A stretch of 64,000 nucleotides of DNA from an uncultured Candidatus Peribacteria bacterium (GTDB taxonomy: Bacteria > Patescibacteriota > Gracilibacteria > Peribacterales > Peribacteraceae), in NCBI GenBank assembly GCA_964433325.1, contig CAYSPY010000001.1:228961-292960 (forward strand). Direction: 5' to 3'. A model generated the notes under the pieces. That model was not told the DNA's origin and searched no databases. It worked only from the letters and a program-made list of their open reading frames with translations. Made by a program: the position numbers and the translations under genes. Positions 43,662-51,746 of this stretch are shown piece by piece; positions within the stretch are counted from its first letter, which is position 1; every line of letters begins with the position of its first letter.

Positions 43662-44264
43662 ATGATGCGCCTCACCCTCCCCGCTCTCATCGTCGGCATA
43701 CTCCTACTTACTGCATGCTCCCCTGCTACAAACTCCGAAGCTGCAATTAAAGAAGCAATTGTCGCAGCCAATTATTGTGACACGCCCAATGACTGTGTGG
43801 ATGTCGGCGGCAAGTGCCCGTTTGATTGTTATATCTTCGTGAACATGAATGAAGAAGAGCGAATAAAGGCGATGGTGGAAGGATATGAATCGACGTGCAC
43901 GTATTCGTGCCTCGCGATTACTGGCGTTGATTGTGTGGAGCACACATGTAAACCAATGCTCGACCCACCTGAACGCGTTTCGGACGACACAGACGGAAAT
44001 ACAGGAGCAGACTGCACCTCGCATGATGACTGTCATACACCGATGGATTATTTAATTCGCTCTAGTTGTCCATTCACCTCAATGTGCATCGAAGGCAGCT
44101 GCTCGGTCGTCTGCCCCATGATGCAACATGATGCAAACCCGGTGATTAGTAAAAGCACGCCCGTCTCCTGCACAGCCGATGCAGACTGCACATGCACCGA
44201 ATTTATGGCAGGTGCTGGCAACTGCCGATGTATCGATAATACTTGTGTTGCTGTGATGGAATAA
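43662..44264 (+). CDS. Cysteine-rich lipoprotein
   Basis: Lipobox LLLTAC. About 20 Cys in 180 mature residues (repeated C-x-x-x-C patterns). Confidence 0.65.
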   Translation: MMRLTLPALIVGILLLTACSPATNSEAAIKEAIVAANYCDTPNDCVDVGGKCPFDCYIFVNMNEEERIKAMVEGYESTCTYSCLAITGVDCVEHTCKPMLDPPERVSDDTDGNTGADCTSHDDCHTPMDYLIRSSCPFTSMCIEGSCSVVCPMMQHDANPVISKSTPVSCTADADCTCTEFMAGAGNCRCIDNTCVAVME

Positions 44265-44297
44265 AAAAAGCCTGGACGGCGGCGTACCGCCGTCCAG
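44263..44297 (-). terminator. Rho-independent terminator
   Basis: CTGGACGGCGG/CCGCCGTCCAG stem (11 bp, loop CGTA), followed on the minus strand by GCTTTTTTT. Confidence 0.75.
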
Positions 44298-44305
44298 AGC
44301 CGTGG

Positions 44306-44425
44306 TCAGGCGACCATCATCGTGCCCCAGACTGGAACAATCATGAGCATAAGCCCCGCAACGACTTGAGCTAGTACTGCAAGCATGAACGCTCCAATCG
44401 GCAGATGTCGGAGAAATTTCCCCAT
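44306..44425 (-). CDS. Small membrane protein, 39 aa
   Basis: Hand-translated: MGKFLRHLPIGAFMLAVLAQVVAGLMLMIVPVWGTMMVA, stop TGA. AAAGGAGG lies 6 nt upstream of the ATG. A terminator follows directly. Confidence 0.55.
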   Translation of the reverse strand: MGKFLRHLPIGAFMLAVLAQVVAGLMLMIVPVWGTMMVA

Positions 44426-44478
44426 GCCTGGCCTCCTTTCTAGGCCGAAAAGCCAACGATAGTATACATGTTTTTGCC

Positions 44479-45351
44479 TTAGACTAGGGCTTTTTGTCGA
44501 AGCATGCTTTTACAACGCTTGCTGCAGGTATTGCACCCTTCCTTCTTGAGGCATCCTTCACACACACGCTTATTCGTCCCACAGTAGCAATTGATCGTGA
44601 CATCACCAGGGTTTCCACAGTGTGGGCAGGTTCCGTAGATTTTTGATGGCTGTAGATGACCGTCGACTGATACGCGGTAATCGAAGACAAAACATTCACC
44701 TTCGAATTTTCCTTCGGGGAATTGCTCGAGGTAGGCAAGGATTCCCCCATCCAATTGATACACATCGTTGTAGCCTTGCGATTCCATTTCGATGAGCGCC
44801 TTCTCGCAGCGAATACCACCCGTGCAGTACATCATGATTTTTTTATCTTTCGGGAGCTCGGCTTTTTCCACAAATTCCGGAAACTCACTAAAGCACGTCG
44901 TGCCACAATCTAGGGCTCCCTCGAATTTTCCAATTTGGTACTCATAGGAATTACGCGCATCCAGCACAATGACATCTTCGTTCTTCATCATCGCATCCCA
45001 CTCTGCAGGTGTTAAGTGCTTATGCTTACCCGATGGCTTTACCTCTGGCTTACCGAGACCAACAATTTCGCGCTTTATCTTTACGGACCACTTACGGAAC
45101 AGCACTCCGAATGCCTTACTGTCTTTGTAGGTGATGTCACCGAACTTCGCATTGAGGTACTTCTTCCACGCTGCAATCTCCTCTTCGCTCCCCGCAATCG
45201 TTCCGTTTACTCCTTCGGCCGCAATCAGCACCAGCCCTTGCAGGTTATGCTCCTGACCATACGCCATAAGCTCGGTATGGAGTGCTGGCAACGCAGCTTC
45301 ATCGATATCGACGAAATGATAGAAGGCAGTGATGGAGAGAGGTTCTGACAT
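44479..45351 (-). CDS. trhO: Rhodanese-domain protein, UPF0176/TrhO (tRNA U34 hydroxylase) family
   Basis: ITAFYHFV N-terminus, rhodanese active-site loop CTGGIRCEKA, C-terminal Cys-rich tail. Confidence 0.75.
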   Translation of the reverse strand: MSEPLSITAFYHFVDIDEAALPALHTELMAYGQEHNLQGLVLIAAEGVNGTIAGSEEEIAAWKKYLNAKFGDITYKDSKAFGVLFRKWSVKIKREIVGLGKPEVKPSGKHKHLTPAEWDAMMKNEDVIVLDARNSYEYQIGKFEGALDCGTTCFSEFPEFVEKAELPKDKKIMMYCTGGIRCEKALIEMESQGYNDVYQLDGGILAYLEQFPEGKFEGECFVFDYRVSVDGHLQPSKIYGTCPHCGNPGDVTINCYCGTNKRVCEGCLKKEGCNTCSKRCKSMLRQKALV

Positions 45352-45357
45352 GAGCCA

Positions 45358-45363
45358 ATTATA
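45358..45363 (-). promoter_or_regulatory. -10 box TATAAT 6 nt upstream of the trhO-like ATG (leaderless geometry)
   Basis: Minus strand reads gcTATAATtggctcATG. Confidence 0.45.
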
Positions 45364-45416
45364 GCGGGGAATGGGTGCAACAGAAATTGCTTAAAAACTA
45401 GATATAACCCAAATCT

Positions 45417-45453
45417 GTCACCCTGCCTGCCGGTAGGCGGGCTCACCATGACA
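45417..45453. repeat. Hybrid/partial copy of the palindromic repeat, copy 4
   Basis: GTCACCCTG + GCCTGCC-GGTA-GGCGGGC hairpin + CTCACCATGAC. Outer halves match the family; the centre is replaced. Confidence 0.6.
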
Positions 45454-45456
45454 TAG

Positions 45457-45489
45457 TAAAAGACCGCAGAGCCCTAGAGGATGCGGTCT
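45457..45489 (-). terminator. Terminator of the DoxX-like gene
   Basis: AGACCGCA/TGCGGTCT stem, followed by TTTTAC on the minus strand. Confidence 0.5.
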
Positions 45490-45515
45490 TTCTTGTACTA
45501 CAAATGTGAACAGTA

Positions 45516-45902
45516 TTAGATCTTACCCATCAAGCGAGCTGTGAGTTCTGGCTTACGGAACCATGCATCAACGGTCAGAAGAGCTAGGACAATAAGAATC
45601 ATGGCATATTCAGCAAACAAGAATCCATGAGTCATGTTTGTAGCCAGTGCACCACCGTAGTAACCAACTAGCAGTACGAAACCAACAGTGGATGTGCGTG
45701 GATACAGGTAGAGCGCAGCGAATGCGAGCTTGGCAGCACCAAGGTAATACTCCATACCTGCAACCCCGAGACGTGCGACCATGGCAGCAACCTCAGGATT
45801 ATCCATCGGCATGATAAATTCCATTACACCGCTAAAGATCGTGAGTGCGGCAACGAGGACAGTACAGACCCAACCAATAACTGAGTTAACGCGGGAAGAC
45901 AT
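45516..45902 (-). CDS. DoxX-like membrane protein
   Basis: Four hydrophobic helices. Paralogous to 46648-47040 (IGWV...PRTSTVGFVLLVGYYGGALATN versus IGWV...PRTTTVGFILLVGLLGGATATS). Confidence 0.7.
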   Translation of the reverse strand: MSSRVNSVIGWVCTVLVAALTIFSGVMEFIMPMDNPEVAAMVARLGVAGMEYYLGAAKLAFAALYLYPRTSTVGFVLLVGYYGGALATNMTHGFLFAEYAMILIVLALLTVDAWFRKPELTARLMGKI

Positions 45903-45937
45903 GGGAGAGGAGGAAAGAAGTGAGATTTTTAGATACT

Positions 45938-46642
45938 TTATTTTAAATTTCCATATCTATCAATTGGACCAATTGGCTGCATACCAATTTCTGAAATATT
46001 ATCTGGGCTTAAAACAATGGTTCGCTTCATATCAATTTTATTTTCAATAATTGGTTTCGCAATAAAAAAATTATCATTCATTTGAATTAAAATCATTATT
46101 TGATCCCCGTTAATTATAGGATATGTAATCCTTTTTGAAGCAACGCTAAATGCTGCTAAATATGAAAAAGGCAATGAAATAATAATAGGCAAGATTACTC
46201 CTCTTATTGAATCCATTATTGTTATTGGTTTATGTATATTTTTAATATCCCTCCGCAGATCGAAGGTGAAGAATAAGCTAAATATGAAACAAAGTATTAT
46301 TCCGGTTATACCAGAAGATAAATCAAAGCCGGTTGAAAATTGAATAATATAAAATACTAATAATATTATGGCATATATCCTAATAAATACAGAAAAGAAG
46401 GTTTTTTGTAGATGTGTGCCCAATAAAAATCCAACAAAAAGAATTAATCCCGCAGTGATAGTAAGTGCTATTAATCCCAATACAACACCAAGTACATCTA
46501 AGCGAAGAAACACTAAAGGAATATCGTAGTATTGAAGATTACCAATTTCATAGACATAGGTTAAAAGGTAACCCCATAAGGTAATTGCAGATACTAATAA
46601 TGCCTCATGTTTGAATAAATCAACTTTAGAAGAAGTCGTCAT
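45938..46642 (-). CDS. Hypothetical polytopic membrane protein in an AT-rich insert
   Basis: 234-aa ORF with ATG start. GC clearly lower than its flanks (about 25-30% by eye). Confidence 0.6.
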   Translation of the reverse strand: MTTSSKVDLFKHEALLVSAITLWGYLLTYVYEIGNLQYYDIPLVFLRLDVLGVVLGLIALTITAGLILFVGFLLGTHLQKTFFSVFIRIYAIILLVFYIIQFSTGFDLSSGITGIILCFIFSLFFTFDLRRDIKNIHKPITIMDSIRGVILPIIISLPFSYLAAFSVASKRITYPIINGDQIMILIQMNDNFFIAKPIIENKIDMKRTIVLSPDNISEIGMQPIGPIDRYGNLK

Positions 46643-46647
46643 ACAGA

Positions 46648-47040
46648 TTATCGAACACTAGTCCCCTTTGCCCTACTCAAAAGTTCAGGACTCCTGAAGT
46701 ACGCAGCGAACGTCGCAATCAAAAGTACGACCATCGGGAACCAAGGCCAGTTGCCTTCAACATTGTGGGTGAGGCTTGTAGCCGTCGCACCACCAAGAAG
46801 ACCAACGAGCAGGATGAACCCGACTGTTGTTGTGCGGGGAATAAGGAAGAGAACTGGCGCAATGATTTCAATTATCCCAATAAGGTAGCGGCTATCCCAT
46901 GCGCCAAGGGCCTTCATAAAGTCTGCAGTTGGTGTGCCATCGACCATAAAAAACTTAGGCAACGCAGATGCGACGATAAGAAAGAGGGAGACCAGAATGG
47001 CGGGGACCCAGCCGATGATGTTTTTGGTGCGAGTAGTCAT
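46648..47040 (-). CDS. DoxX-like membrane protein
   Basis: Paralogue of 45516-45902. TAGAAT lies 7 nt upstream of the ATG. Confidence 0.7.
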   Translation of the reverse strand: MTTRTKNIIGWVPAILVSLFLIVASALPKFFMVDGTPTADFMKALGAWDSRYLIGIIEIIAPVLFLIPRTTTVGFILLVGLLGGATATSLTHNVEGNWPWFPMVVLLIATFAAYFRSPELLSRAKGTSVR

Positions 47041-47079
47041 GCGAAAGATTCTACCAAATGCACTGCTAAACGCTTAGTT

Positions 47080-47114
47080 AAAAAAAGATCCCTGGGCCGC
47101 GTGGCCCAGGGATC
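47080..47114 (-). terminator. Strong rho-independent terminator (minus strand)
   Basis: GATCCCTGGGCC/GGCCCAGGGATC 12-bp stem, loop GCGT, followed on the minus strand by T7. Confidence 0.75.
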
Positions 47115-47115
47115 A

Positions 47116-47215
47116 TCATTCGAGTTGTGCGAGCGACGCTACTGCGGGGAATACGGGCTTGACCTACATGGTCAGGTCTCCGTCCCGGGTGCATCGAATT
47201 CGCGTCACGAATGAC
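47116..47215 (-). ncRNA. Candidate small RNA: about 100-nt imperfect hairpin between promoter and terminator
   Basis: Closing stem TCATTCG/CGAATGA (47116-22/47208-14) and apical stem around 47156-47180. A promoter-like TTGCAT-16-TAAAAT sits upstream and terminator 47080-47114 sits downstream on the minus strand. No ORF. Confidence 0.35.
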
Positions 47216-47222
47216 AAAGAAT

Positions 47223-47250
47223 ATTTTAACAGTAAATTTATATAATGCAA
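47223..47250 (-). promoter_or_regulatory. Promoter-like TTGCAT-N16-TAAAAT (minus strand)
   Basis: -35 = reverse complement of 47245-47250; -10 = reverse complement of 47223-47228. It overlaps a plus-strand TATAAT at 47241-47246. Confidence 0.4.
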
Positions 47251-47500
47251 GTATTTACTCAAAATTTGATTTTTACCACGCAAATATGTGTTTTTCCTAG
47301 CATTTAGCACTATTTCGTGCAGAATGCCTCCGCTGATCTCTGGAACCTTCGGCTCTCTTATGAGTACAAATTGTATACAGAATTTTTGTCTCCTACATGA
47401 AGAATCTGTCCCACGTCGCCGATACGCGGCTCCTCTGGACGATGGATCTTCGGTTTCACACTTCGCCCTACAGGCTCGCGTTCAACGCGAATTCACCAAC

Positions 47501-47911
47501 GGGGATGACAGGCTTTGACAGCGTGATTCTGCATATGCGTTTGTCTCGATCCGGGATGGCGACGGTTCCCGATACCCACTTGTCGCAACCTTAATTGCAA
47601 ACCGCAATTTCCTTGGCACACGCTTCTCCAAGGTGAAGGCAGCCTTCACGGCTCCTTCCTTTGGTCTGACGCTTGCTGTCTAAGTCCGTCTAGCACGGAC
47701 ACGTCTCGCCCGCGATTCTCGCTGACGGGATGAGGCGCTATTAGCGAGACTGGCATCCGTATGACACGACGGACGCTCCGTATGTAGTGTCATCACTCAC
47801 TCCCCTTTCTTGGTTCCTTTCTTAGGGGGATGTGAGAATTGAAAGGAACATGATCGTATGGACACCATGTGTACACGTTGGACCCGGGTTCAATTCCCGG
47901 CATCTCCACCA
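47501..47911 (+). ncRNA. ssrA: tmRNA (transfer-messenger RNA)
   Basis: 5' GGGGATGACAGGCTTTGACAGCG pairs with 3' CATCTCC-A-CCA. T-arm GGACCCGGGTTCAATTCCCGG. Candidate tag frame GCA 47597 to TAA 47681-83 encodes ANRNFLGTRFSKVKAAFTAPSFGLTLAV. Confidence 0.9.
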
Positions 47912-47934
47912 TTGACATATTAATATAATTTAAT

Positions 47935-47940
47935 TATAAT
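47935..47940 (+). promoter_or_regulatory. -10 box TATAAT 6 nt upstream of ATG 47947 (leaderless geometry)
   Basis: aatTATAATaaaattATG. Confidence 0.45.
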
Positions 47941-47946
47941 AAAATT

Positions 47947-48246
47947 ATGAATGAACAAATTCCCAATACACTGAGAGATGTGCCCCTTAAAAAGGGTTAT
48001 GAATATCAGGTTGAAAATACTATTAGTTTGGATGTAGGAACAATAAGAGGAACTGCTGCGGAACTTTTGTTGGAACCGGGTGACATCATTAAAATAATAA
48101 ACCCTAAGTATATAGCAGAAACTCTTCTTGTAGATGTGGTAGATGTGAATCATGACTCAAAAAACATTATGCCGGGATATGATGTCGCGATACTTATAAA
48201 GCCAAATGATCTCGAAAAAATCCACGTATCAGAGCGAGAAAGTTAA
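47947..48246 (+). CDS. Hypothetical 99-aa protein (AT-rich islet next to ssrA)
   Basis: ATG ORF; plausible globular composition; no motif. Confidence 0.5.
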   Translation: MNEQIPNTLRDVPLKKGYEYQVENTISLDVGTIRGTAAELLLEPGDIIKIINPKYIAETLLVDVVDVNHDSKNIMPGYDVAILIKPNDLEKIHVSERES

Positions 48247-48376
48247 TACAGAACTTTCTGCCAGGTAAAAATTACTTCTTCAATCTGGTTCCACTCAAAT
48301 CGAATCCTGTCCACCAAACTGACTTTATGGCCTATTTAAGCCAAATACCTGTACTTTACAATATATATTTGTATTG

Positions 48377-48382
48377 TATAAT
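48377..48382 (+). promoter_or_regulatory. -10 box TATAAT 6 nt upstream of ATG 48389 (leaderless geometry)
   Basis: ttgTATAATatatatATG. Confidence 0.45.
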
Positions 48383-48388
48383 ATATAT

Positions 48389-49522
48389 ATGAGCGATTCT
48401 GTGAAATTGTCAAAAGAGCTTACAGATGCGATTTCAGTGGATGGTGGGATAAAGTTTCATTTTCCCGAAGGATCCGACGAGCAATTGCGGAAATTTGCTG
48501 GTTTAGGTGAATCTCAGGATGTTACTATATCCCCGATTCTGACGGTGCGTTGTTTTAATAAACAATCCATCGAGGATCTGGTCGCCAAGGCACGACGGTA
48601 TGACGAAGCGATTGGGCTGGGGGGCGTAATCGTTGCCGTTCCGGAACCGATGGATAAAGGAGTGACGCAAAAAGCGTACGCAGACGCTCAAGCTAAAATC
48701 CAACATGCGTTCCCCCAGAAACCGTTCTTGATGGTCGCTCATGAACGCAATGATTTTGAAGGGAAGCCGATCAATCCGTTCGATGCGCCGCTCAATCTTG
48801 CGGCTGCAATCGTGCATCACCAGAAAATGAAATACGGCATTCACGCAAACAGCCCGATGTTTTACCACTCGTACGGGCCAAACCTTACCGATGAGCAACT
48901 GGAGAACGTAAGATTGTCACTGCAAAAATCTCCCTATCTTCTTTCTGTACGCACGAAAGAGGAAGGGGCGAAATTACCAGTTGAGATGACGGTGAGCATT
49001 GCCGCACTCAGGGAACATCTCGATGATCTCCCCAGTAGCCTGCCAGCCGCGCACATCTACAATTTGAAGCAACTCTTCCGAAACACATTGATGAGTTGGG
49101 GCTCGAATGATCTTATTCAAAAAGGAGGCTTCAACCGATTGCATAGTGGCGAGTCTGTTTCAATCGATCATCTGCCCCACAGCATCAAACCTGTCGGATA
49201 CGACGGCATGGTTCTCAAGGGTGCAGGCGGTGAGGAAGATACTGAGCTCCTGCTCCGTCTTGCAGACGATGCACAGATTCGAGAAGTGCTTCGATCACTA
49301 CTGAACGGCCCCGTTGTAACCTATACCGACCCTGACGTGCATCCGGAGCGAAAAGATAAATATGAGCGGGCATGGAACACGGACCCGCATCCCGCACATC
49401 CGTTCATGTTTCCTCAAATCGCAGAAACAACCGAGCACAAGGCGGGAATCGCCGTTCGACAAAAAATTCGCGATAACGGCGGCGTGATTCCTGAAGATTG
49501 GAGAGGAGTGCGCTTTGTATGA
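48389..49522 (+). CDS. Hypothetical 377-aa protein
   Basis: The listed start 48374 is TTG; the first ATG is 48389 (MSDSVKLSKE). Long ORF; no recognisable motif. Confidence 0.65.
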   Translation: MSDSVKLSKELTDAISVDGGIKFHFPEGSDEQLRKFAGLGESQDVTISPILTVRCFNKQSIEDLVAKARRYDEAIGLGGVIVAVPEPMDKGVTQKAYADAQAKIQHAFPQKPFLMVAHERNDFEGKPINPFDAPLNLAAAIVHHQKMKYGIHANSPMFYHSYGPNLTDEQLENVRLSLQKSPYLLSVRTKEEGAKLPVEMTVSIAALREHLDDLPSSLPAAHIYNLKQLFRNTLMSWGSNDLIQKGGFNRLHSGESVSIDHLPHSIKPVGYDGMVLKGAGGEEDTELLLRLADDAQIREVLRSLLNGPVVTYTDPDVHPERKDKYERAWNTDPHPAHPFMFPQIAETTEHKAGIAVRQKIRDNGGVIPEDWRGVRFV

Positions 49523-49566
49523 GTTCATTACTTTATTTTCCTAAACCAAATCAATAAGGTGGCACT

Positions 49567-49995
49567 ATGCCAACTATCAACCCCTACATTAACTTTAACG
49601 GAAATGCCGAAGAGGCATTCACCTTCTACAAATCCGTCTTTGGAGGAGAGTTCGGGAACATTGTTCGCTTTAAAGATCTAGCGAGTGCGGATTTTCAACC
49701 ATCGGAGGAAGATGCACACAAAATAATGCGCATTACGCTGTCTATCGGCAGCAATATGCTGATCGCCAATGACGTTCCTGCATTTATGGGGCCGGTAAAT
49801 GAAAATGAGAATCGATCAAAAATAGCTATTACTGCAGACAGCCGCGAAGAAGCCGAAAGGTTATTCACCGGACTTTCGGAAGGAGGAGTTGTTGAAATGC
49901 CCATGGACCAGAGCCCTTGGGGTTCCTACATGGCAATGTTCAGAGATAAGTACGGCATTGAATGGACGGTCGAGTTTAACGAAGCCTCGGCATAG
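49567..49995 (+). CDS. VOC-superfamily protein (PhnB / glyoxalase-like)
   Basis: AAGGTGG SD. N-terminal [26 protein letters not shown] and C-terminal DKYGIEWTV are typical of the PhnB-like family. Confidence 0.75.
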   Translation: MPTINPYINFNGNAEEAFTFYKSVFGGEFGNIVRFKDLASADFQPSEEDAHKIMRITLSIGSNMLIANDVPAFMGPVNENENRSKIAITADSREEAERLFTGLSEGGVVEMPMDQSPWGSYMAMFRDKYGIEWTVEFNEASA

Positions 49996-50740
49996 GCACG
50001 AATACACTCGTACGTTTTTTGTATACCTCGAAATCAGGTCTGCCCGCATACTTTTTTTCGAGCAACGGAACACCCGAGATGAACAGAATGAGGAACGTGA
50101 TGAGCAACGGACCGATCATGGTTAGATATCCACTCGGGAGAGACGCTGCGCATAGGAAGATCCCCCACCATTGCAGCACTTCGCCGAAATAGTTCGGGTG
50201 GCGCGAATAGGCCCATAAACCTTGGTCCATGATTTTCCCTTTATGTGCAGGGTCCTTCAGAAATTGTTTGAGCTGATGGTCGCTGACGGATTCAAATAGA
50301 AATCCGATGATCCAGATTGCTACACCTGTCGCATCAATAAGCGTAAGTGGAATGGACATTGATGTGTGTACAAACAACACGGGAAGTAGAATGATGTACA
50401 GAAATACGCCCTGAAGCAAAAAAATCTGTACATAGCTGCGCAGGTAGAAATAGTTCCACGATGCTCGCCACGCGGCATACCGACTATCTTCGGATTTCCG
50501 GAGGTTGCGAAGTGCGATGTGCCATGCAAGTCGCATGCCCCAGATGGTCACCAGTAAATTGACGAGCAAAGATCGTGCAGAAAAATCGGAGAAAGCGAAT
50601 GCAATCCAACTCATTGTCACAAAGCCAAGACCCCACGCGATGTCGGCGACATCATTGCGCTTGGTGATGCACGCAACGATAAACCAAGCACTCATATACA
50701 GAAAAAGAGCCGATGCGATGAAAGTATAGACCGACGTCAT
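49976..50740 (-). CDS. DUF1295 / steroid-5-alpha-reductase-like membrane protein
   Basis: Start moved to ATG 50740 (ATGA overlap with the upstream gene). [20 protein letters not shown] motif. Confidence 0.75.
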   Translation of the reverse strand: MTSVYTFIASALFLYMSAWFIVACITKRNDVADIAWGLGFVTMSWIAFAFSDFSARSLLVNLLVTIWGMRLAWHIALRNLRKSEDSRYAAWRASWNYFYLRSYVQIFLLQGVFLYIILLPVLFVHTSMSIPLTLIDATGVAIWIIGFLFESVSDHQLKQFLKDPAHKGKIMDQGLWAYSRHPNYFGEVLQWWGIFLCAASLPSGYLTMIGPLLITFLILFISGVPLLEKKYAGRPDFEVYKKRTSVFVPMPRLR

Positions 50741-51132
50741 CCGATTTTTTCCGCAATGAAATATGTGAGCGCGGCGACCACCGCACCGAGTGTCGTGCCC
50801 CACAGGAGATCGACGACGGTGATGAGCAACGGCCAATCTTTTGCGACGGCGAGATTTGTTAAATCGTATGTCGCGTAGGTCACAAGACCGAAGAATGCAC
50901 CCGCTGCAAGCGCCTGCAACCACTGCTTTTTATCGACTGCAGGCTCAATAACGAAGAACACGAGACCTGCAATAAAGAGGAGATAGAAAAGAATTGCTGC
51001 TACCCAGTTCACATCAGGCTTGAGCAGTGTACCTATCTGACTTTGATAGAATTTTTTTGCGATGAACACCAGCCACATCATGTCAACGAGCAGGAAAATG
51101 GGAAGCGCGATGCTGTAGAGCTTAAAAAACAT
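50737..51132 (-). CDS. DUF2177-like membrane protein
   Basis: Start moved to ATG 51132 ([29 protein letters not shown]). Confidence 0.65.
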   Translation of the reverse strand: MFFKLYSIALPIFLLVDMMWLVFIAKKFYQSQIGTLLKPDVNWVAAILFYLLFIAGLVFFVIEPAVDKKQWLQALAAGAFFGLVTYATYDLTNLAVAKDWPLLITVVDLLWGTTLGAVVAALTYFIAEKIG

Positions 51133-51137
51133 AGCTG

Positions 51138-51536
51138 TTATTTGGAATTCAAATAGGTAACGGTAAGTTGCAGAACAGTGGCGAACATCACCCACAGCAG
51201 ATATGGAATCTGTGCGTAGGTAATCCACGGAGCATACGGAAAAATACTGCGCATCGCCCAAATGAGTGTTGCGAGAACAAGAAGAATATCGATCGCAGCG
51301 AGCAGGTTACTTCTGAGCCCGAACTGGAGCGGCGTGAAGGCAAAATTAAACAAGAGATTGAGTATAAAAGGCAGCGCAATCATCAATGCAATTTTCTTCT
51401 GCCCTGCCATCACAAACACAGCGCCAAATGAAATAATGATGCCGATATACAGAACGGTCCACACAGGGCCGAATACAGAAGAAGGCGGAGCCCACGACGG
51501 CTTTATTAATTGTTGATACCACTCATATGTTTGCAT
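51138..51536 (-). CDS. tspO: TspO/MBR tryptophan-rich sensory protein
   Basis: Start moved to ATG 51536 (MQTYEWYQQLIKPSWAPPSSVFGPVWTVLY). TATACT lies 5 nt upstream. Confidence 0.75.
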   Translation of the reverse strand: MQTYEWYQQLIKPSWAPPSSVFGPVWTVLYIGIIISFGAVFVMAGQKKIALMIALPFILNLLFNFAFTPLQFGLRSNLLAAIDILLVLATLIWAMRSIFPYAPWITYAQIPYLLWVMFATVLQLTVTYLNSK

Positions 51537-51746
51537 GGTAGCAGTATAGCACACGTATCGTTTCACTCCGCTCATACGCACTGCCCATCTGTTAGAGATG
51601 GCTACTTCTCCTTCGCATTCCCCTGCAGTATCCACCTTTGCGAGCGATTGATTTTTATTGGTGCAATGAGAGCAGTCTATCCAACAAAAAGGATGATAGC
51701 CTCCTTCTTTCAATTGCTCAGGCACAAAAGACCTGTGCTCTATGCA

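Noticed and set aside
47116-47214. SRP (4.5S) RNA
   Set aside because: The plus strand has GGTCAGGTC, but it lies on the 3' side of the apical loop. There is no GNRA tetraloop and no AGCAGCC partner strand. It is kept only as an unclassified sRNA candidate.
47288-47594. ORFs 47288-47518 and 47397-47594
   Set aside because: They overlap the tmRNA 5' region and its upstream leader. They have no SD or leaderless geometry, and the tmRNA identity is clear.
47825-47911. Apparent mini tRNA-like unit (internal GGGGATG about 85 nt before CATCTCCACCA)
   Set aside because: The internal GGGGATG lies within the tmRNA body. The true 5' end, GGGGATGACAGGCTTTGAC at 47501, gives a full-length tmRNA with a tag frame and pseudoknot-sized spacing.
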